This document shows positions 22,599-31,756 of a DNA stretch of 62,711 nt, piece after piece. Source of the DNA: a virus (Duplodnaviria > Caudoviricetes); the IMG/VR virus record IMGVR_UViG_3300017746_000010, positions 1 to 62,711 of that record. One strand, written 5' to 3'. Numbering within the stretch: the stretch's first letter is position 1; the number at the start of each line of letters is the position of its first letter. Under the pieces are notes generated by a model. The model did no database searches. It saw only the letters and a program-made list of their open reading frames with translations, and was not told the origin of the DNA. The translations under genes and the position numbers were made by a program.

Positions 22599-22662
22599 AA
22601 ATTCTTTTAATTATGGTTGGTTACTCAAATGAGCCCACTTCCGTTAAGGCCAATAATATAGT
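22599..22662 (-). ncRNA. Candidate structured 5' leader RNA
   Basis: GC-richer intergenic island UUGG-CC(UUAAC)GG-AAGUGG-GCUC(AUUU)GAGU-AA-CCAA between a late-promoter motif and ATG 22598. Confidence 0.35.
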
Positions 22663-22671
22663 CATACATAT
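22663..22671 (-). promoter_or_regulatory. Putative late promoter variant ATATGTATG
   Basis: Intergenic, immediately upstream of the structured leader. Confidence 0.45.
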
Positions 22672-22709
22672 GATAATGTAATGAGAAAATTAAAAAAATA
22701 CAAGTAATT

Positions 22710-23780
22710 TTAATATGGAGGCATTAATGAACAAGTATAAATCATACCTTTTTGATTTGTATCTGTACCTGAATAAAAAGTTAAAGCACTTGTTCCACCA
22801 ACATTAGCAGCTAAAAAGGGATTAGCAAATGAAAATTCTCCTGCAAGAAATCTTCCTGTTGAAGATGGATTAGTTGGGAAACTTCCTGAGTATAACACAT
22901 TATATGCTTGGGATGAACTTACAGGTTGAGTCATTGCAGAATCATAATAACATTTCATTCCAGGTCTTAAATCAAATGTAGGTGCTGCATGATATATTGT
23001 TGTTCCTACAGCTGCACCATTTAAAGAAAGTGAAGAAGAATTAATTGAATTACCAGTAGGACAACTAACTGAAAATAAATTCCAAGCTGTACCACTTGTA
23101 GCACCTTCTATTACAATCTTAAAAGTAGTTGGATATCTTGTATGTTTATAAAATGATAATAAAACATTCCCTTCTACACATGATTGACTATAATTAGGTC
23201 CTGATCCAACAGGAAAATTAGGTACTACACCTGTTTGTGCCCCCCAATTTCCAGCTTCTAATTTACCAACTTCACCTTTAGAGCTCCATCCTGGATTCGT
23301 CCAATATAAATTAACCCCGTTACCTCCTGTTTCAGAAGTATCACCATTATCTCTTCTAAAAGCACCACTATCAGTACTATTAGGTGGAAAAGAAGCAGAT
23401 GTATAAGTTACAGTTTCTGTGGCTCCTGTATTATCAAATTGAGAGTCAGCATAATCATATTGATATCGTGTTAAGTTGTTATCTCCATCTAATGAACTAG
23501 TATAACTATTATAACTGCCTAAACTTTTTAAACCATCTCCTACTATTAAAGAATCTGCTACTGTAGATCCACTCCATTCTAATCTAAATCTATCTGGTAC
23601 AGATTGAGCATTAAATGAGCATGTAACAGGTCCTATACCTTCTCCTAATACAACAGCTTCAGCTTCATAATATCCTTGGTTACCATTAAAAGAAATACTT
23701 CCAGCATTACATGGTACTGTTGTTGGATTCCAATTTGAACCATTTCCAGCTAATATTCTAAAAAAATTTAAGTTAGCCAT
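22710..23780 (-). CDS. Putative virion/fibre-associated protein
   Basis: G/S/T/N-rich, beta-type composition; follows an S74 fibre gene; FNAQSVPDRF motif. Confidence 0.65.
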   Translation of the reverse strand: MANLNFFRILAGNGSNWNPTTVPCNAGSISFNGNQGYYEAEAVVLGEGIGPVTCSFNAQSVPDRFRLEWSGSTVADSLIVGDGLKSLGSYNSYTSSLDGDNNLTRYQYDYADSQFDNTGATETVTYTSASFPPNSTDSGAFRRDNGDTSETGGNGVNLYWTNPGWSSKGEVGKLEAGNWGAQTGVVPNFPVGSGPNYSQSCVEGNVLLSFYKHTRYPTTFKIVIEGATSGTAWNLFSVSCPTGNSINSSSLSLNGAAVGTTIYHAAPTFDLRPGMKCYYDSAMTQPVSSSQAYNVLYSGSFPTNPSSTGRFLAGEFSFANPFLAANVGGTSALTFYSGTDTNQKGMIYTCSLMPPY

Positions 23781-26700
23781 TTTTTAATTGATCTATTTGG
23801 ATTTGTTGTTCCTTAATAGCTTCAATTAATAAGGCAACAATTTTATCATATTTTACAGCTTTAAATCCTGTATCTCTAGTTGTTACTACTTCAGGTAAAA
23901 CTCTTTCTATTTCTTGGGCTATAACCCCTATATCTTTTCCTTCATTACCGTGAATAGTTTTTCTTTGTTCTGGTGATAATGGTATCCAATCAAATGTGTT
24001 ACCACTAATTTGCATTACTTTATTTAAGGCATCTGGGATAGGTACTACATTAGATTTTAATCTTGCATCTGATGAGTAATAAGCTACAATATCATTTGTT
24101 GCTTGAATTTTACCTACTGTAGTTGGTGTTACTCCTGAACCTACGTGTAATGCACCTGTTGATAATGTTAAATTATCTCCATCAAATATCATATTAGCTT
24201 CACCATTTATACCTGCTGCTCCTGTAGCTGTTACAACTCTATCATTTGAGCCATTTGTCATTGTAAATTCGGCTCCAGTTCCACCAGTAGCACCTTTAGC
24301 ACCATCTGTACCTTGAGGTCCTGCTACTGTACCTTGTGGTCCATTAGCACCTGGTTCTCCTTTTGCACCTGGTCCTCCTTTTTCTCCTGGTCCTCCTTTA
24401 TCTCCATTACCACCTTTTGCACCTGCTGTACCTTGAGGTCCTTTATCACCTTTAGCACCTGCTTCGCCTTGAGCTCCATCACCACCTTTAGCACCAGCTT
24501 CACCTTGAGCTCCAGCATCTCCTTTTGCACCTGCTCCACCTTGAGCTCCAGCATCTCCTTTTGCACCTGCTCCACCTTGAGCTCCAGCATCTCCTTTTGC
24601 ACCTGCATCTCCTTGAGCACCAACTTCTCCTTTTTCTCCTTTTGTTCCATCTGAACCTTGTGCTCCAGTAATTCCTTTTGTACCTACTGTACCTTGTGCT
24701 CCTGATGCTCCTTGAGCACCAGTTGTTGCTGCATCACCATAACCTATTGTTACATACCATTTTGAACCATCATAATACCAACCTAATACATCAACAGCAT
24801 TTGCACCTTGAGAAGGTGTATATGAAGTATTTCCTAAATAAACAGTATTACCACTTAAATCAATATTTATTGATCTACCTCCTGTACTATCTTGTTTAAC
24901 AACTAATACACCTGTATCACCTGTTTCCCAACCTGTCATTGTTAAAGTATTTGAACTAGCATCTAATGTAACTTCAGCATTTGAACCTGCTGTTATTGCC
25001 CATCCAAGTGTATTACCTGGTGTTAATGTTTGTTGATCAATTTGTAATTTACCTTCTAAGTGAACATCACCTGCTCCATTATAAGTAAATTTAGCAGAAC
25101 CTGATATTGCATTTGTACCTGTCATGGTTACAATATTATGATTTACATTACCTTCTAAATCACCTGCACCTGCTGGTCCTTGAGTTCCTGTTCCTGTTGC
25201 TCCTTTTTGTCCTTTCGTACCATTTTCAACATATTGTATTCTTACATCTTCACTATTAGAAAAAGTACCAGCAGCTTGTACATCTGCAGCACTAACATCT
25301 AATAATGCTCTTGTTGCATCAACTGTATTAATACTATATGAAGCAACTGTAATAATATCTCCTGCTGTTTTACCATAAATTAGTAATTGAGAATTTTTTG
25401 CCCATAAATTATTATGGTTAACACCATCACTATCTTCTAATGCTAATGAAATTTGTGTTGAACTTCCAATTGTTGCATTATTAAATCTAATTTGTCCATC
25501 GGCACCTGCCATGTCTGTACTAGTTGAAAATGCATATAATAATCCTGATTGTTCACCTACTTCACCTTTTTGTCCTTTTGCACCTGCAGCACCTTGAGGT
25601 CCTGCTCCTGTTGGTCCTTGAGCACCTGTTGGTCCTTGAGCACCTGAAGATGCGGCAACCCATTTTGAACCTGTAACAGTTGAACTTAATACTTGTCCTG
25701 CGGTACCTCTACTATTATCTGTATCATATATTGACGTTGATACGTGTAATGAACCTGAAATTCTTACACCACCTTTTGCTCCACTTCCTGCTCTAAATGA
25801 GAAATTAGGTTCAGAATAAAATTCTGATATCCCAGCAGATGATCCTGATGTAGTTAAACTAAATCTAGTACTACTATCCATAACATTTATAACAGGTACT
25901 GAACCTGAATATGTTTGAGAAGGTGAAACTGCTAAACCATATTTTAATGGATCAGATGATATAGAATTATATAACCTAACTGATGATATAGCATCATGAG
26001 ATGTTGCACGAATGTTAACCGGAGAATCTAATACATTTATACTACCTGTATTTTCTTGACTACCACTTACTGTAAAGGCCGCGGTTAAAGCTTTTGTTAC
26101 TAAATTACCTCTTTTTATTGCTACATTTTCATCATTATCAATTTGTAGACCCATATTATTATGAGTAGATGATTGACCTAACCCTAATGAATCTCCTTCT
26201 CCAAAGTATGATAATCTAGCACCATTACTAGCACTATCAACTAATACTATTTTTGCTGTACCTGTCTCTGTAGCAAATTTAGCTACTACATTATTTGTTT
26301 TAGCTCCTTGTATATCTAATGATCCTGTTATTCTTAATTTTGCTGTTGTTGCAGCATCTGCAGCTCCAAACTGTAATCCAGTTTGACCATTTAACGTATT
26401 ATCTCCTGCTAATGTGGGAACATAATATAATGTATCGTCATTTATTGTAGCTGCTGCTCCTTTTTGTCCTTTTTCTCCTACTTCACCCTTTTGACCCTTT
26501 TCTCCAACTTCACCTTTTTGTCCTTTAGCACCAATTTCACCTTTCTGTCCTTTAGCACCTACTTCTCCTTTTTGTCCTTTTTCTCCTGATTCTAAAGTAT
26601 CAACAGTAATTGAACCTCCCATTCCTGAATGGTTAACACATTTATAATATAATGTTGCTGGTGCATTTTGTGGTACTTCAAATGTTGAAATTAAATTTGT

Positions 26701-29583
26701 ACCTGCTGTACCACCATTATCAGTCCAACCAGTTGAATATTGAGTACCATCTTCTGTTTCTGATAATACTAGTGGGTGAGTTGCATTTGTACTATCTGTT
26801 TGATCGAATGTATAAGTAAATCCTTTTAATACTGTTAAACTTGCTGTTAATACAGTATCAATATAGTATTTATTACCACCTGCATTACCAACAGTAACTG
26901 CAAAACTTTGTGCTATTGGATCTGAACCTATTGTTCCTTGTGATCCAACTTCACCTTTTTGACCTTTTGCACCATCCGTTCCTTGAGCACCAGGTTCACC
27001 TTTTTGACCTTTTTCTCCAACTTCACCTTTTTGTCCTTTTTGACCTTTAGGTCCAGTTGCACCCGTGTCTCCTTTTTGTCCTTTTTGTCCTTTATCACCT
27101 GTTACTTGGAATGAACAAATTATATCATCAGTATCACCAAATGGATTAGTAGCTGAACTTGCTTCTACTGTACCTCCTAAAATGTACCAAGCATCTGTAT
27201 CTTGAGATGTAACTGCTGTTATTTGGAATAATAAGAAATCGTTTGTATTTGATTTTTCTGATATTCTAACATGACCTTTTATTGTAGATGTAGCATCAGA
27301 TATAGTTTCCATAAAGGATACTATACTATTACCTGCATCGTCAGTAGCATCAATATAAATGTTAGCAGCTGTATTTTGAGTAGCTGCATTTAATTGAACT
27401 TTACCTGTTCCTGGGTCTGTTGGTGGACTTGGGACTGTTGTACTAAATGTATAATCAAATGAAGCACCTCCAAAATTACCTTCTGTTCCTTGAGAACCTA
27501 CTTCACCTTTTTGTCCAGTTTCACCTTGTGCACCTATTTCTCCCTTCTGTCCTTTTTCACCTACTTCACCTTTTTGTCCTTTAGCACCTGTATCACCTTG
27601 TGCTCCAGTTTCTCCTTGTGCTCCATCTGTTCCTTGTGCTCCAGTTTCTCCTTGTGTACCAACTTCACCTTTCTGTCCTTTAGCTCCAGTTTCTCCTTGA
27701 GCTCCATCTGTTCCTTGAGTACCAGTTTCACCTTGTGCACCTATTTCACCTTTTTGACCTTTTTCACCAGTTTCACCTTGTGGGCCATTATCTCCTTTTG
27801 TTCCATCTGTACCTTGTGCTCCAATTTCACCTTTTTGTCCTTTAGTACCATCTGTTCCTTGAGTACCGTCTGTACCTTGTGTTCCAGTTGGACCTTGAGT
27901 TCCTTGAGTACCGTCTGTTCCTTGGGTACCATCTGTACCTTGTGATCCAGTTTCTCCTTGGGTTCCTATTTCACCCTTTTGTCCTTTTACTCCTGTTTCA
28001 CCTTGAGTTCCAGTTTCACCTTGAGTTCCAGTTTCACCTTGTGCACCTATTTCACCTTTCTGTCCTTTAGAACCACCATCTCCTTTTTGTCCTTTGGCTC
28101 CAGTTTCTCCTTGAGCTCCATCTGTTCCTTGAGTACCATCAGTACCTTGAATACCAGTTTCACCTTGTGTACCTACTTCACCTTTTTGTCCTTTAGTACC
28201 TACAGCACCTTGAGTACCATCTGTTCCTTGGGTACCATCTGTTCCTTGTGCTCCTGTTTCTCCTTGAGTTCCTATTTCACCTTTCTGTCCTTTAGAACCT
28301 CCATCTCCTTTTTGTCCTTTTACACCTGTTGTACCTTGAGCACCATCTGTACCTTGTGTTCCATCTGTTCCTTGTATACCAGTTTCACCTTGAATACCTG
28401 TACCACCTTGAGCTCCATCAGTTCCTTGTGTTCCATCAGTTCCCTGTGTTCCAGTTATACCTTGAGTTCCGTCTGTACCTTGTGTTCCAGTTGGACCTTG
28501 AGTACCTATAGTACCTTGTGCACCATCTGTTCCCTGAGTTCCAATTTCACCTTTTTGTCCTTTAGTACCTGTTGCACCTTGAGGACCATTATCTCCTTTT
28601 GTTCCGTCTGTACCTTGTGTACCATCTGTTCCTTGAGTTCCATCTGTTCCTTGAGTACCAATTTCTCCTTTTTGTCCTTTTTGTCCTTTTGGTCCTGATG
28701 TACCTTGTGTACCAGGATCTCCTTTATCACCTGTAGTTACAAATGAAACTAATATGTCTTCGTTATTTGAAAATGGTGCAACTGCTGAGGAAGCTTGTGC
28801 TCCTATATTAATTATCCACCATCCAGTTTGATCGGTTAGTTCCGATATACTATATAAAATAAATTGCGTAGAATCCGTTTTATTTGCCAATTTAACATGA
28901 CCTTTAACAGCGGATGTGACTGCATCAATTGCCGTTAAAAACGACTGGATACTAGTGCCTTGATCGTCTGTAACATCAATAAATATTTCTGTAGCTGCGT
29001 TTTGAGTAGTACTATTTAGTCTTAAATTTCCAGTAAGAGGATCTGCTTCTGTAGTTGAAGTTTGAAAAGTATAATCAAAAGATGCACCTCCAAAATTACC
29101 ATCTGTACCTTGAGATCCATCTGTACCTTGTGCTCCAGTAGCACCTTGAACTCCATCACCACCTGTTCCTCCTGTTACACCTTGTGTACCTTGAGTACCT
29201 ACACCTACTTCACCTTTTTGTCCTTTAGCACCTGTTGTTCCTTGAGTACCAACTCCAATCTCTCCTTTTTCACCTTTAGTACCTGATGTACCTTGAGTTC
29301 CATCCGTACCTTGAGTACCAATAGCACCTTGTGTTCCATCTGTACCTTGAGTACCAGTTGGACCTTGTGTTCCTGTTGCTCCTTGAGCTCCAGTTGCACC
29401 TTGTGGTCCTGTATCTTTATTTACAAAGCTTAAATTACCAGATCCATCAGTTTGTAGTACTTGGGTATTTGTACCATCAGCATCTGGGTATATAATACCA
29501 CTTGCTGTTAATGATGATGCTGCGTTAAGTTTATTGAGTTCAGCATTTGAACCACTTAGAATGATTTCTCTCCAGTTTGCCAT
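23773..29583 (-). CDS. Large collagen-like tail fibre with repeated globular domains, a cupredoxin-like domain and a C-terminal S74 autochaperone
   Basis: Several Gly-X-Y tracts; THPL...LYYKCVNHSGMGG; DIVAYYSSDARLK...GVIAQEIE...YDKIVALLIEAIKEQ. Confidence 0.88.
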   Translation of the reverse strand: MANWREIILSGSNAELNKLNAASSLTASGIIYPDADGTNTQVLQTDGSGNLSFVNKDTGPQGATGAQGATGTQGPTGTQGTDGTQGAIGTQGTDGTQGTSGTKGEKGEIGVGTQGTTGAKGQKGEVGVGTQGTQGVTGGTGGDGVQGATGAQGTDGSQGTDGNFGGASFDYTFQTSTTEADPLTGNLRLNSTTQNAATEIFIDVTDDQGTSIQSFLTAIDAVTSAVKGHVKLANKTDSTQFILYSISELTDQTGWWIINIGAQASSAVAPFSNNEDILVSFVTTGDKGDPGTQGTSGPKGQKGQKGEIGTQGTDGTQGTDGTQGTDGTKGDNGPQGATGTKGQKGEIGTQGTDGAQGTIGTQGPTGTQGTDGTQGITGTQGTDGTQGTDGAQGGTGIQGETGIQGTDGTQGTDGAQGTTGVKGQKGDGGSKGQKGEIGTQGETGAQGTDGTQGTDGTQGAVGTKGQKGEVGTQGETGIQGTDGTQGTDGAQGETGAKGQKGDGGSKGQKGEIGAQGETGTQGETGTQGETGVKGQKGEIGTQGETGSQGTDGTQGTDGTQGTQGPTGTQGTDGTQGTDGTKGQKGEIGAQGTDGTKGDNGPQGETGEKGQKGEIGAQGETGTQGTDGAQGETGAKGQKGEVGTQGETGAQGTDGAQGETGAQGDTGAKGQKGEVGEKGQKGEIGAQGETGQKGEVGSQGTEGNFGGASFDYTFSTTVPSPPTDPGTGKVQLNAATQNTAANIYIDATDDAGNSIVSFMETISDATSTIKGHVRISEKSNTNDFLLFQITAVTSQDTDAWYILGGTVEASSATNPFGDTDDIICSFQVTGDKGQKGQKGDTGATGPKGQKGQKGEVGEKGQKGEPGAQGTDGAKGQKGEVGSQGTIGSDPIAQSFAVTVGNAGGNKYYIDTVLTASLTVLKGFTYTFDQTDSTNATHPLVLSETEDGTQYSTGWTDNGGTAGTNLISTFEVPQNAPATLYYKCVNHSGMGGSITVDTLESGEKGQKGEVGAKGQKGEIGAKGQKGEVGEKGQKGEVGEKGQKGAAATINDDTLYYVPTLAGDNTLNGQTGLQFGAADAATTAKLRITGSLDIQGAKTNNVVAKFATETGTAKIVLVDSASNGARLSYFGEGDSLGLGQSSTHNNMGLQIDNDENVAIKRGNLVTKALTAAFTVSGSQENTGSINVLDSPVNIRATSHDAISSVRLYNSISSDPLKYGLAVSPSQTYSGSVPVINVMDSSTRFSLTTSGSSAGISEFYSEPNFSFRAGSGAKGGVRISGSLHVSTSIYDTDNSRGTAGQVLSSTVTGSKWVAASSGAQGPTGAQGPTGAGPQGAAGAKGQKGEVGEQSGLLYAFSTSTDMAGADGQIRFNNATIGSSTQISLALEDSDGVNHNNLWAKNSQLLIYGKTAGDIITVASYSINTVDATRALLDVSAADVQAAGTFSNSEDVRIQYVENGTKGQKGATGTGTQGPAGAGDLEGNVNHNIVTMTGTNAISGSAKFTYNGAGDVHLEGKLQIDQQTLTPGNTLGWAITAGSNAEVTLDASSNTLTMTGWETGDTGVLVVKQDSTGGRSINIDLSGNTVYLGNTSYTPSQGANAVDVLGWYYDGSKWYVTIGYGDAATTGAQGASGAQGTVGTKGITGAQGSDGTKGEKGEVGAQGDAGAKGDAGAQGGAGAKGDAGAQGGAGAKGDAGAQGEAGAKGGDGAQGEAGAKGDKGPQGTAGAKGGNGDKGGPGEKGGPGAKGEPGANGPQGTVAGPQGTDGAKGATGGTGAEFTMTNGSNDRVVTATGAAGINGEANMIFDGDNLTLSTGALHVGSGVTPTTVGKIQATNDIVAYYSSDARLKSNVVPIPDALNKVMQISGNTFDWIPLSPEQRKTIHGNEGKDIGVIAQEIERVLPEVVTTRDTGFKAVKYDKIVALLIEAIKEQQIQIDQLKNG
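24501..24606. repeat. Perfect 36-bp tandem repeat (about 3 copies) inside a collagen tract
   Basis: caccttgagctccagcatctccttttgcacctgctc at 24501, 24537 and (34 nt) 24573; encodes GAQGGAGAKGDA. Confidence 0.9.
27480..28735 (-). repeat. Longest collagen tract of the 1936-aa fibre
   Basis: GTQGTD, GAQGET, KGQKGE units. Confidence 0.95.
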
Positions 29584-29598
29584 TGTAAATTATATGAT

Positions 29599-29607
29599 TA
29601 TAAATAT
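29599..29607 (-). promoter_or_regulatory. Putative late promoter ATATTTATA
   Basis: 15 nt upstream of ATG 29583. Confidence 0.6.
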
Positions 29608-29624
29608 GAAACTATTTATCTCAA

Positions 29625-29834
29625 TCAAGCTTCCCCCAATTCTAATTCTTCTAATGGTGGAGTTTGATTTTCCTCAATATGTTTTTCTATTTCTTTTACT
29701 TGACTATCTATTTTTACTTGTAAGGTACCTATAAACATAGCATCGATACCTGATATTTGGATTGTGTTTAATCCTTGTCTTATTGCTCTAACTTCTCTTA
29801 AGGTTAAACCTTCTAGATTAAATAATTCGTCCAT
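29625..29834 (-). CDS. Small hypothetical protein (possible fibre chaperone)
   Basis: 69 aa, helical, between fibre genes. Confidence 0.65.
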   Translation of the reverse strand: MDELFNLEGLTLREVRAIRQGLNTIQISGIDAMFIGTLQVKIDSQVKEIEKHIEENQTPPLEELELGEA

Positions 29835-30034
29835 TACTTATTTTTTTTATTTAAAAATACAAACATTTCTTGGATTTTCAAAGTTAAATTAAATAACTTT
29901 TCTACATCTGCTCCTTTAAATTCAGTTTTACGAATTATATTAAGTAAATATAAACAATCTTCAGGAGATAAAGAAGGTAGACCCGCATTGGGATCTACCT
30001 TTCCTTTAACTATTGTACCTGCTTTAAAACCCAT
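29834..30034 (-). CDS. Small hypothetical protein (possible fibre chaperone)
   Basis: 66 aa; ATATTTATA at 30064-30072 upstream. Confidence 0.65.
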   Translation of the reverse strand: MGFKAGTIVKGKVDPNAGLPSLSPEDCLYLLNIIRKTEFKGADVEKLFNLTLKIQEMFVFLNKKNK

Positions 30035-30052
30035 TAATTTAAATTTAATTCA

Positions 30053-31669
30053 TTAAGAATAAATATAAATATCTTGGTTACTGCCTACAAATATGTTACC
30101 TTTTTTAGTATATTTAGCAATTGTTGTTGTTGGTAAAGCACCTGAAGCACCTTCAACAATTATTCCCATAAATGCGTCTGGGGCAATTGTATTACCTGCT
30201 GGATTAAATGAACCTGTAACACCCCATCTTGTTAATGCTGAATCGTAAGCGAAAGCTTCACCATCTGCTGGGCCTGTTTGTTGTATAGAAATACCACCAT
30301 CTCCAGTTGAAGTTGATCCAGAAGCCATTCTAATGAATCTATCCGCAACATCTAAATCTGTAGTTGAAGCAAATGAAGCAGTACCTTGAACTACTAAGTT
30401 CCTAGCAACTGTCATGTCTCTTGCAACAGATAAATCTTGTCCGATTGTTACATCTAATGGTTGTGATAGTGTATATGTTCCACTTGATTCTGCTACTGTT
30501 ATTTCGTTTGCAGTACCTTGAATAACAACATTACCACCTAATGAAATGTCTGAATTATTTGAACCATCACTAAAGTTAATACTAGAGTTTGCTAATTTTC
30601 CATTTGCAATTGAACCAGCTAATTTATCGTTAGATATAGAACCAGCTAATTGAGCATTTGTTATTGTACCACTTAAGTTTGATGTTAAGTATCCTGTTGC
30701 GTCTGCTAAATCAAATGCTGGTGTAGCATCTGTTCCACCTAATGTTAAAGTAACACCACCTACAGACATTGTAGAATTTGCTAATTTAGCATTTGCGATT
30801 GAACCTGCTAACATTGCATTAGTAATACCTAATGCTTTAACATTTAATGCATCTCCAGTAATTTCAATTGATGTATCATCAACACCTACACTTAATGCTG
30901 TACCAGCACCACCTGCTAAACCAGCACCTGCAACTGAAGTTGCAATTTGAGTTGCTGTAATTCCTGCATCTGCTACTTTAACACCACTTGCTCCTACAGA
31001 TAATGTAGAACCATCTGCATCTACTGCAAAAGTTCTAGCTACATTACCATCATAAGCAGTTCCTGATAAACCATTACCAGCAGTTAAGTCTTCTAGATCT
31101 GTAATAACATCTCCTTGGAATGAACCACTAAATGAACCACTTGCAGTTACACCTGTTAATGTTAAGCCTGCTATTGAAGCTGCTGTAGCACCTAATGCTA
31201 CTGATGTTGAACCAATTGTTATACTACTATTTGTTAATTGTGAGTTTGTAACATCTGCTAAAGCACCACCTAATGTAACTGTACCAGTAGTTGTAATTCC
31301 ACCACCTGGAGAAGTTGATAATGTAATACCATTAACTGTTCCTGTAGCATCTACTTCTGTTACTGTACCTGATCCTAATCCTGAAGCTGCGATACTAATA
31401 CCACCTGCTGAATTTGTTACTGTAATATTTGCTCCACCAGTAAGAGTTGCTAATACAGGATCTGCTCCTGTTGAACCAATTACTAATTGACCGTTTGTAG
31501 CTTGACCTAGAGCTGTTACCGCACCGGTTCCACTACCTAGAAGTACACCACCATCTGTGAGAGTAGCTGCTCCTGTACCACCCGAGGCTACGGGTAAGGC
31601 TGTATCTAATGCTAAGGAGTCTAAGACTGCTTGCGATCCGGATACGATTACTTTTTTCCAAGTTGCCAT
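30053..31669 (-). CDS. Tail fibre-like structural protein
   Basis: LPVASGGTGA and ITNAxLAGSIxNxKL repeats typical of phage fibre shafts; N-terminal WKKVIVSGS. Confidence 0.75.
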   Translation of the reverse strand: MATWKKVIVSGSQAVLDSLALDTALPVASGGTGAATLTDGGVLLGSGTGAVTALGQATNGQLVIGSTGADPVLATLTGGANITVTNSAGGISIAASGLGSGTVTEVDATGTVNGITLSTSPGGGITTTGTVTLGGALADVTNSQLTNSSITIGSTSVALGATAASIAGLTLTGVTASGSFSGSFQGDVITDLEDLTAGNGLSGTAYDGNVARTFAVDADGSTLSVGASGVKVADAGITATQIATSVAGAGLAGGAGTALSVGVDDTSIEITGDALNVKALGITNAMLAGSIANAKLANSTMSVGGVTLTLGGTDATPAFDLADATGYLTSNLSGTITNAQLAGSISNDKLAGSIANGKLANSSINFSDGSNNSDISLGGNVVIQGTANEITVAESSGTYTLSQPLDVTIGQDLSVARDMTVARNLVVQGTASFASTTDLDVADRFIRMASGSTSTGDGGISIQQTGPADGEAFAYDSALTRWGVTGSFNPAGNTIAPDAFMGIIVEGASGALPTTTIAKYTKKGNIFVGSNQDIYIYS

Positions 31670-31708
31670 TGATTAATTGTTTTTTAAGTTAATTATTATT
31701 TGTTTTAT

Positions 31709-31717
31709 TATACATAT
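31709..31717 (-). promoter_or_regulatory. Putative late promoter variant ATATGTATA
   Basis: Intergenic, upstream of ATG 31669. Confidence 0.55.
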
Positions 31718-31756
31718 GCAACTTGAATTTTATAATTCATTTTTTAAATATTTTTT

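Noticed and set aside
22615-22655. Resemblance of CGGAAGUGG...ACCA to the ZMP/ZTP riboswitch
   Set aside because: Lacks the P1 context and the 3' pseudoknot hairpin, and the downstream gene is not purine/folate related; kept only as an unknown structured leader
31720-31756. Possible intrinsic terminator (TGAATT...AATTCA)
   Set aside because: Nearly all-AT weak stem with no coding-strand U-tract in the right place
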